Assembly: GCA_044342355.1 (NCBI GenBank)
Contig: JBIIQA010000001.1
Coordinates: 1 to 45,011, forward strand
Source: Miltoncostaeaceae bacterium
Lineage (GTDB): Bacteria > Actinomycetota > Thermoleophilia > Miltoncostaeales > Miltoncostaeaceae
Reading direction: 5' to 3'
Length of the DNA stretch: 45,011 nucleotides
Position 1 is the first letter of the stretch. Each line of letters begins with the position of its first letter. Made by a program: the position numbers and the translations under genes. The notes beneath the pieces are model-generated. The model was given only the letters and a program-made list of their open reading frames with translations, ran no database searches and was not told where the DNA came from. Below are positions 39,400 to 45,011 of this stretch, piece by piece.

Positions 39400-40103
39400 T
39401 GCCCGAGCACCTCGGCGATGTGCCGGGCACGTATGGCGATGCCCTCGCGATGGGCCACGCCGGCGATGTGCATGAGGCATCCAAGATCGCACGACACCAC
39501 CTCGCGCGCGCCTGAGTCGGCCGCAGCGCGGGCCTTCTCCTCGCCAAGGCGACCGGAGAGTTCGGGGAACGTGATGGAGAACACGCCCCCGAACCCACAG
39601 CACTGGTCAGTGTTCGCCATCTCGCGCACCTCGCAACCGGGCACGCGCGCAAGCGCCTGCCGCGGGCTCTCCTTCTCGTCCAGCACCCGCAGCATGTGGC
39701 ACGAGTCGTGAACGGTCACGGGGCCGCCTGTGCGCGGCCGGGGGTCGAGGTCGTGCTTCACGAGGAACTGGGTGAGTTCGATGGTGCGCGCGGCGAGGTC
39801 GATGGCGGCCTCCTCCTCGGGGCGGCCGCGGAACATCTCGGGGTAGGCGTGCACCACCATGCCGGCGCATGAGCCTGACGGCACCACCACCTCCTCCGTG
39901 CCCGCGAACACCTTCAGGGTGTGGCGAGCCACCACCCGCGCCTGGTCGGGGTGCCCGGCGGTCCAGGCGGGCTGCGAGCAGCACGTCTGGCCCCGCGGCA
40001 CCCGCACCTCCACCCCGGCGCGCTCGAGTGCCCGCCGTGTGGACTTCCATACGACCGGCGCCACGGCGTCGGACAGGCACGTGCGCATGAGGAGGACCCG
40101 CAT
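39396..40103 (-). CDS. lutA: lactate utilisation Fe-S oxidoreductase LutA (YkgE-like, two CCG domains)
   Basis: ATG 40103 gives MRVLLMRTCLSDAV.... CCG-domain cysteines are present (TCCSQP, PSGSCAGM, HDSCH, QCCGFGG, SCDLGCLMH). Confidence 0.88.
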   Translation of the reverse strand: MRVLLMRTCLSDAVAPVVWKSTRRALERAGVEVRVPRGQTCCSQPAWTAGHPDQARVVARHTLKVFAGTEEVVVPSGSCAGMVVHAYPEMFRGRPEEEAAIDLAARTIELTQFLVKHDLDPRPRTGGPVTVHDSCHMLRVLDEKESPRQALARVPGCEVREMANTDQCCGFGGVFSITFPELSGRLGEEKARAAADSGAREVVSCDLGCLMHIAGVAHREGIAIRARHIAEVLGQ

Positions 40104-40113
40104 GGGCGGGAGT

Positions 40114-40461
40114 CTAGGAGGGTGGCCCGACCTCATCGTGCAGCGCGCGCAGCGCGGCCACGCCCCCCTCCGCGTAGGCGATCCAGTCGGCGCCCTTGCC
40201 CTGCTCCCCGTGCTCGGCGAGTTGCGCCTCCCACCAGGCGATCTCCGCCGGCAGCGGGTCTGCCCCGGGGGCAGCGAGCCGCAGCGCATCGCGGGCGTCG
40301 GCAAGCGCCACGGCCGCGCCCTCGCGGCGCTTCACCTCGAGGAGATGGCCCGTCTGGTCGTCACCGATGCGGCAGAGCGCGCCACCACCGGTCGCCTCGG
40401 CGAGCGCCTCACGGGCGGCATCGAGGCGCGCGAGCGTGATCACCAGGCGGTCGTCATCCAC
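40114..40461 (-). CDS. hypothetical protein (115 aa) heading the lut operon
   Basis: Strong third-position GC bias in this frame. It ends 10 nt before the lutA start. No recognisable motif. Confidence 0.55.
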   Translation of the reverse strand: MDDDRLVITLARLDAAREALAEATGGGALCRIGDDQTGHLLEVKRREGAAVALADARDALRLAAPGADPLPAEIAWWEAQLAEHGEQGKGADWIAYAEGGVAALRALHDEVGPPS

Positions 40462-40534
40462 CGCGCCAGCGTACCGCGGCGTGAGGGGCGGCCACGCCGC
40501 CAGTGATACCCTTGCAATCAGCAGGAACCTTCAC

Positions 40535-40899
40535 GGGCCCGAACCAGTTTCGACGGGGTGGCGAAGGATTGGCAAGCGAGCCGCGGACCCTGAGGACCGC
40601 GTTACCAACAGGGAACCAAACGTAGCTGCGGATTCTCGCCAGCTCGCTCTCGCCGCCTAGTAAGCGGTACTGAGAGTCGTCGGCCCTCCCTTCGGATCAC
40701 GAGGGGGATCACCGGCGTCGCATAGTGATCCTGGCCCCGAGGCAGTGTTCCTCGGCCAAGGGGCGAGATTTCAGGAGGGACTGGGGGTGGAGTGATTTGC
40801 CGGAGATGGCACCCACCCCGAGACACACATCATCGGCTGCGCTCGGAGAAACCCATCTGGAAACGCCTTCGGACGCCGGGGCAGTGCCGGCCGGGTCCA
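40535..40899 (+). ncRNA. ssrA: tmRNA (SsrA), 365 nt, CCA not encoded; predicted tag ADSRQLALAA (or AADSRQLALAA)
   Basis: 5' GGGCCCG (40535-41) pairs with CGGGUCC (40892-98), including G3-U70, and the discriminator is A 40899. GUUUCGACGGGG matches the conserved 5' region. The tag ORF is GCG GAU UCU CGC CAG CUC GCU CUC GCC GCC UAG UAA (40628-40663). The 3' end reads UUCGGAC-GCCGG-GGCAGUG-CCGGC. smpB lies 5.7 kb upstream. Confidence 0.85.
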
Positions 40900-41099
40900 T
40901 AGGGGCCTCTTCAGCAGAGAGTTCTGAAGAAGCCCAAAATGAAGAAAACAAGCGGGAGCTGAGGGGGCCAACTGGGGCTCCCTCAGTCGTTGTGGGGCCC
41001 GGCGGCGCCCAGAGGCCCATCGGGGCGGCGGATTTGGCGCGTGCAAGCACATCGGCCCACGTCAACGTGCCCGCTGCGTGGCGGGCGAGGCGGGGCTAG
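40899..41099 (+). pseudogene. 5'-truncated copy of the small acidic protein family (lacks about the first 34 codons; ATA where copy 3 has an in-frame ATG)
   Basis: ..ASSAESSEEAQNEENKRELRGPTGAPSVVVGPGGAQRPIGAAD.. aligns with the 43743 and 44798 genes. Homology begins exactly at the tmRNA 3' end. Confidence 0.6.
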
Positions 41100-41194
41100 G
41101 CGGGCTGGAAGCCCGGTGGGGCCTTGCCGACGGCGTAGCCGCCGCCGAGCAGGAAGGCGCGCCGCCGTCGGCGCATCAGGCTTGCAAACCGCCC

Positions 41195-41356
41195 GTCATC
41201 AATGGTGATCTCGATAACGCCGAGACGCGTCAGGACCCGATCTTCGACCTGCACGTGCCGGTGAGCGTGCCGGGGGTGGACCCGAAGCTGCTCGACCCCA
41301 TTCAGACCTGGCCGGACCCCGCAGCGTTCGAGGAGACCGCCCGCAAGCTTGCGGGC
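41195..41356 (+). pseudogene. pckA: internal C-terminal fragment of ATP-dependent phosphoenolpyruvate carboxykinase
   Basis: VINGDLDNAETRQDPIFDLHVPVSVPGVDPKLLDPIQTWPDPAAFEETARKLAG aligns with E. coli PckA ..[39 protein letters not shown]...AETLAKLF. There is no upstream PckA body, and the last roughly 15 residues are missing. Confidence 0.8.
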
Positions 41357-41360
41357 GGGC

Positions 41361-43508
41361 CTACTTCACGCGCCTGGTCACCACCGACTGCGCCACGATG
41401 GTGCCATTCTTCGCGCGTGCGGAAGTGGTGACAGTCCAGGTGCCCTTCTTCACACCAAGCCTGCAGGCGAAGGTGCGCTTGATCTTCTTCCCCTTGCCCG
41501 TGGCCTTCACAGAGCACGTGGCGCGCGCAGCCTTCTTGCCCACAGCAGTCGCTGACTGCCCGATGCGAGTGGCACCTGCAGGCAGCGTGCCCGTGGTGGT
41601 GCAGACGGTGCCCTTGCATGTCATGCGCACTTTGAGCGCTGCGGGCTGCGCGGCGGAGTTCGGTGGCGCCGGGGCGGGCGCGGGCGCGGCGGAGTCACCG
41701 GCTGTGGGAACCACCTGATTGGACGGCTCGGACGCAGGTGAGGTGCCGGCCGCGTTGGTCGCAGTCGCGGTGAAGGTGTGCGCCACTCCGTTGGCGAGGC
41801 CCGAGATCACGCACTGGGTGGCAGGGGGCGTGATGGTGCAGGTGCGCCCGCTGGGGTTCGCGGTGACGGTGTACCCGGTGATCGAATCATCCGCAAGCGG
41901 CGTCACCGACACGGTCGCCTGCGCATTTGCGGCCGTGGCGGTGGGGGCGCCGGGCCGGGCCGGCACCAGGACGACACGGGTGATGAATGCATCGAGGGGC
42001 CCGAGGCTGGTGAGCGTGGTTGATCCGAAGGTGGCGGCGCCACCGGAAGACCCCCCAAATACTCCTGTGATGATCGCTGACCCATCGGCGAGCACCGCGG
42101 CGGCCGTGCCGTAGTCATCCCCCGATCCGCCGGCCCTGGTTGCCAGTGCATGCGCGCCGTCGGCCTTCACCTTGGCGACATAGATATCCCTCTCCCCGGC
42201 GCTGGTGAGCGTGGTTGATCCGAAGGTGGCGTCGAGGGGACCGGGAGACCCCACAAGAGGCCCCCCAAACCCGCCCGTGATGATCGATGAGCCATCGGCA
42301 AGGGCCGAGACGCTCGTGACGTCGTCGTTACCAGTGCCCCCGGCGCGCGTTGCCCATGCGAAGGGGCACCCTCCGACATAGCAGGTGCCTGTCTTGGCGA
42401 CGAAGACGTCCATGTCTCCAGCGCTTGGAAGCTCGACCACACCAGACACTGTCTCGAACCGAGCGGTTGGCCGGAATTGTCCCGTGACAACCGATGAGCC
42501 ATCAGCGAGCGCCGCGACAGATATGCCTCGTTGGAGGCCCGTGCCCCCGGCTGTTACGGCGCCTTCGTAGAAGGTGCCATTGGCGTTCAGCCGGGTGACG
42601 AACATATCCTCGCCGACGGCGCTTGTGACGAGGGTGCTCGATCCGAAGGTGGCCGTTTCCTGAAAACTCCCCGTGACGATTGAGGATCCGTCGGCGAGTG
42701 TTGAGACTCCATAGCCCACGTCGTACTCCGGACCACCGGCCTTGATCGCCCAGACGAAGGAGCCAGTGGCGCTCACCTTGGCGACGAAGATGTCGGAATA
42801 TGTCTCGTCGTACGTATCGTCGCTGGTGAGGGCCGTGGGTGTGGGCAGAGTGCCGAAGGTGGCGGTTTGCGCGAACGAACCTGTGATGATCGAGGAGCCG
42901 TCGGCAAGCACCGAGACGCCGTAGCTGTCGTCGTAGTCCGGACCACCGGCCTTGATCGCCCAGACGAAGGAGCCAGTGGCGCTCACCTTGGCGACGAAGA
43001 TGTCCGTCTCGCCCTGCCACTCGAGCTCCGTGGGAGTGGGAGTGTCGAAGGTCGCGTCGCCCATGAAGGAGCCTGTGATGATCGAGGAGCCATCGGAGTG
43101 CACCGAGACGCCATAGCCGAAGTCATTTGATTCCCCCCCGGCCCGCACCGCCCAGGCGTAGGAGCCATCGTCGTTCACCTTGGCGACGAAGATATCTTCC
43201 TGCCCGGCGCTGGTGAGGCTCGTGGGTGTGGGAGTGCCGAAGGCGACGGTTCCCTGGAAGGACCCGGTGACGATCGATGAGCCGTCGGCGAGGGCCGCGA
43301 CGCTGCGGGCCTCGGTCTGAACCCCAGCGCTCCCGGCCTGTGTTGCCCACGGGAAGGAGGCCGCGGCAGCGGTTGACGTGCCCGCCATGATGGCGAAGAG
43401 GATCGCGAACAGCGCAACGGTGCCGACCAAGGCGCGGTGCACAACGCTCACAGGAATCCGCTTGGGCATTGCCGAGTGCGCCAGCGCAGCCAACCTCATG
43501 CCGCTCAT
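41361..43508 (-). CDS. secreted SBBP beta-propeller repeat protein with FN3-like domain, Pro/Ala linker and Lys/Cys-rich C-terminal module
   Basis: Signal peptide ..MPKRIPVSVVHRALVGTVALFAILFAIMAGTSTAAAAS. About 8 repeats (DIFVAKV..G.. WA..AGG...D.GYGVS.LADGSSI.TGSF). FN3-like PGAPTATAANAQATVSVTPL...HTFTATATNAAGTS. The start is ambiguous (43538, 43508, 43499 or 43469). Confidence 0.8.
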   Translation of the reverse strand: MSGMRLAALAHSAMPKRIPVSVVHRALVGTVALFAILFAIMAGTSTAAAASFPWATQAGSAGVQTEARSVAALADGSSIVTGSFQGTVAFGTPTPTSLTSAGQEDIFVAKVNDDGSYAWAVRAGGESNDFGYGVSVHSDGSSIITGSFMGDATFDTPTPTELEWQGETDIFVAKVSATGSFVWAIKAGGPDYDDSYGVSVLADGSSIITGSFAQTATFGTLPTPTALTSDDTYDETYSDIFVAKVSATGSFVWAIKAGGPEYDVGYGVSTLADGSSIVTGSFQETATFGSSTLVTSAVGEDMFVTRLNANGTFYEGAVTAGGTGLQRGISVAALADGSSVVTGQFRPTARFETVSGVVELPSAGDMDVFVAKTGTCYVGGCPFAWATRAGGTGNDDVTSVSALADGSSIITGGFGGPLVGSPGPLDATFGSTTLTSAGERDIYVAKVKADGAHALATRAGGSGDDYGTAAAVLADGSAIITGVFGGSSGGAATFGSTTLTSLGPLDAFITRVVLVPARPGAPTATAANAQATVSVTPLADDSITGYTVTANPSGRTCTITPPATQCVISGLANGVAHTFTATATNAAGTSPASEPSNQVVPTAGDSAAPAPAPAPPNSAAQPAALKVRMTCKGTVCTTTGTLPAGATRIGQSATAVGKKAARATCSVKATGKGKKIKRTFACRLGVKKGTWTVTTSARAKNGTIVAQSVVTRRVK

Positions 43509-43742
43509 GTTGGGCAACGTCGAGCCTGGCTCGATCATCACCGATCGCCGACAGGAGCATTGCGAGGCTTTGCGCACGGGGGGCCTTCTTGACGGGACCT
43601 GCCCCCGGGCCTCCATCGATTGGCGAGGCGGCGGTCTGTGGGTGTGGGCCGATAGGCCAGCCTACGAAAACGCCGCAAAAGAATATCAAATGGATCAGGA
43701 GGCGTGGGAACCCGGACGGGGTGCACTCGGAGCCCCCTGGCC

Positions 43743-44012
43743 ATGGGGTGTGTGCAGGACCCGGGTAAGCGCGTGCGGACGGTCTGGCTGCACGCGACAT
43801 ATTCGTCAGTGCCAAAGGGGCGCTCGACTACTTCAGAAGAGACAATCGAAGAAGACAAGCAGGATCTGAGGGAGCCAACTGGGGCTCCCTCAGTCGTTTC
43901 GGGGCCGATTGGCACCCAAACCCCCATCGCCGGCGGCGACACGCAGACGCTGTCGGTGGGCACCGTGACCCTGCCGAAGGTCGCCATCGGACCGATCCCG
44001 GTGACCGGCTAG
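43743..44012 (+). CDS. small protein (89 aa), member of a local paralogous family; unknown function
   Basis: MGCVQDPGKRVRTVW...TSEETIEEDKQDLREPTGAPSVVSGPIGTQTPIAGGD...VTG. The C-terminal half has very high third-position GC in this frame. Differences from the other copies include synonymous changes. GTG 43704 is an alternative start. Confidence 0.6.
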   Translation: MGCVQDPGKRVRTVWLHATYSSVPKGRSTTSEETIEEDKQDLREPTGAPSVVSGPIGTQTPIAGGDTQTLSVGTVTLPKVAIGPIPVTG

Positions 44013-44112
44013 GCCGCCTGGCCGCAATGTGAGCGAAGCCGGTAACCGCGTGTGAAGCATTTCGGTGCCCGCGACCGGGCTCGCCGCGGTCTCGAACGAA
44101 ATGTGCGGGGGT

Positions 44113-44140
44113 CCAAGAGGGCCGGAGACGGCCCTCTTGG
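44113..44140 (+). terminator. GC hairpin ccaagagggccg-gaga-cggccctcttgg followed by tgtgggc
   Basis: Perfect 12-bp stem. Homologous to the hairpin at 44723-44750, with one compensatory base-pair change. Confidence 0.5.
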
Positions 44141-44215
44141 TGTGGGCGGGGCCCATCCCCGCGGACCCGCAGTCCAGCGGGGGCGACGTGGGTAGGCCGG
44201 CCACGTCGCCGTGCG

Positions 44216-44221
44216 TAAACT
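44216..44221 (+). promoter_or_regulatory. possible -10 hexamer TAAACT preceded by a perfect 10-bp inverted repeat (44182-44191 / 44201-44210)
   Basis: TAAACT lies 52 nt upstream of ATG 44273. ggcgacgtgg-N9-ccacgtcgcc ends 5 nt upstream of it. The RBS GAAAGGAA sits at 44259-44266. Confidence 0.3.
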
Positions 44222-44272
44222 GACCCAAATGGGTCTACCGCCCTAGCAGCCCCCCAAAGAAAGGAATCCGTC

Positions 44273-44695
44273 ATGGGTAGGCATGACGATCAGTTGACTG
44301 CGGCGATGGCTGATCTCCGCGCCCGTGCAGAGCAGCACGGCGAGCCGTCCCTCAGGGATGGCGTTCTCCACTTCGGAGACGCAGCGATTCCCCGTCCCGA
44401 CTTCCCCATCGTCACTGGTGTGGAGGACCAGTTCGGGTGCACGGTCTCGATCTTCGTGGTTCAGGGCGATGGCTTCGTGCGCGCCACGACCAACATCCAC
44501 CGGGACGAGGTCCGCGCGCTCGGGACCGAACTGGACCCGACGGGTCCGGTCATCGGCCCGATCAGCGGCGGAGAGTCCTACCGGGGGCCGGCGGACATCC
44601 TCGGCGTGATGCACGACACGTATTACGAGCCCATCGTGGATGGCGGCGGCACCGTGATCGGTGCTTTCCTCGTCGGCTACCCACACGAGGACTAG
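44273..44695 (+). CDS. stand-alone cytoplasmic Cache-type ligand-binding domain protein (Cache_3-Cache_2-like), 140 aa
   Basis: CTVSIFVVQGDGFVRATTNIHRDEVRALGTELDPTGPVIGPISGGESYRGPADILGVMHDTYYEPIVDGGGTVIGAFLVGY matches the sensor module of chemoreceptor and histidine-kinase Cache domains (tiF...fvRvaTnv...RavGT.l....G.sY.G.a.ilG..y.t.Y.Pi.d..G.viGalfVG). Good RBS. No TM segment or output domain. Confidence 0.7.
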   Translation: MGRHDDQLTAAMADLRARAEQHGEPSLRDGVLHFGDAAIPRPDFPIVTGVEDQFGCTVSIFVVQGDGFVRATTNIHRDEVRALGTELDPTGPVIGPISGGESYRGPADILGVMHDTYYEPIVDGGGTVIGAFLVGYPHED

Positions 44696-44722
44696 GGCTT
44701 CAAGAAGGCGATCGCGTGTGCA

Positions 44723-44750
44723 CCGAGAGGGCCGGAGGCGGCCCTCTCGG
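44723..44750 (+). terminator. GC hairpin ccgagagggccg-gagg-cggccctctcgg followed by tgtgggcc
   Basis: Perfect 12-bp stem 28 nt after the Cache gene stop; paralogue of the hairpin at 44113-44140. Confidence 0.55.
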
Positions 44751-44797
44751 TGTGGGCCAGAATCATGCGACGCGGGTGCGCTGAAAATGGCTTGGCT

Positions 44798-45011
44798 ATG
44801 CGGTGTGTGCAAGACCCCGGTAACCGCGTGTGCAAACGGTGGGTACGCGGGAGCGAGATCAACGCCCTGGTGGGCCGCAGGCCTACTTCAGAAGAGACCC
44901 ATGAGGGCCTCTTCAGCAGAGAGTTCTGAAGAAGCCCAAAATGAAGAAAACAAGCGGGATCTGAGGGAGCCAGCTGGGGCTCCCTCAGTCGTTTGCGGGC
45001 CGGCTCCGGAA
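44798..45011 (+). CDS. small protein family member, third copy (3' end beyond the window)
   Basis: MRCVQDPGNRVCKRW...LLQKRPMRASSAESSEEAQNEENKRDLREPAGAPSVVCGPAPE.. is open to the window edge. The N-terminus is homologous to the 43743 gene and the middle is near-identical to 40899-40990. Confidence 0.55.

Noticed and set aside
40196-40826. ORFs overlapping the tmRNA gene (40196..40660 +, 40602..40826 -, 40725..41099 + 5' part).
   Set aside because: The plus-strand ORF merely reads into the tmRNA tag frame. The region is accounted for by the structured RNA.
40939-40962. A seven-codon mini-ORF, ATG AAG AAA ACA AGC GGG AGC TGA (also at 44940-44963), whose stop lies in the conserved hairpin. It looked like a possible leader-peptide attenuator.
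   Set aside because: The ATG and the reading frame are not conserved in copy 2 (43840-43870). The region is better explained as the acidic middle of the longer paralogous ORF.
40899-41099. The small acidic ORFs as RiPP precursor peptides (acidic leader plus Gly/Pro/Thr-rich core).
   Set aside because: No modifying enzyme, protease or transporter genes lie nearby, and the peptides fit no leader/core signature of lasso, lanthi- or linaridin-type peptides that I know. I kept them as an unknown protein family instead.
43748-43779. Direct repeats of GTGTGCA-like heptamers spaced about 22 nt apart (also 44029/44050 and 44805/44828). They first looked like a regulator-binding site.
   Set aside because: They fall in the conserved N-terminal coding region (CVQDPG.RV(C/R)) of the small-gene family, and differences between copies are partly synonymous. 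Coding conservation explains them.
44260-44272. An identical 12-mer, aaggaatccgtc, immediately upstream of both the ahcY start (20898-20909) and the Cache gene start.
   Set aside because: It contains the RBS. A single shared 12-mer in a 45-kb window is within chance expectation, and the flanks are unrelated.

Overview
High-GC, actinobacterial-type chromosomal segment. Bases 1 to 40.5 kb are tightly packed housekeeping genes, mostly on the plus strand and often joined by ATGA/GTGA overlaps. The order matches known Actinomycetota synteny: prmC(hemK)-glyA-SDR-wecA(rfe)-atpI-like-atpBEFHAGDC-mdh. Next come an MFS transporter, a secreted alpha/beta hydrolase and an M20 peptidase. A coupled envelope/sugar-nucleotide operon follows (LCP ligase-ugd-NDP-sugar pyrophosphorylase-PGI/PMI), then ahcY-mtnA, infA and comF-hpf-secA-prfB-flavodoxin-ftsEX-S41 protease-rnr-smpB. 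A minus-strand lutABC operon closes this part. Two places are not ordinary. (1) A secreted SBBP beta-propeller gene (35.5-37.4 kb) sits immediately downstream of lutC and is bracketed by a duplicated 48-bp piece of lutC. (2) Everything 3' of the tmRNA gene (40.9-45.0 kb) is an accessory mosaic. It holds three or four copies of an unrecognised small-protein gene family carrying an embedded perfect hairpin, a stranded internal fragment of pckA, a second SBBP/FN3 secreted protein, a stand-alone Cache sensor domain, and homologous GC hairpins with a compensatory base change at module borders. The tmRNA has textbook architecture but a non-canonical T-loop. I see no CRISPR array, tRNA, rRNA, transposase or integrase in the window. 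All calls rest on reading the translations and sequence by eye; no database search or covariance model was run.
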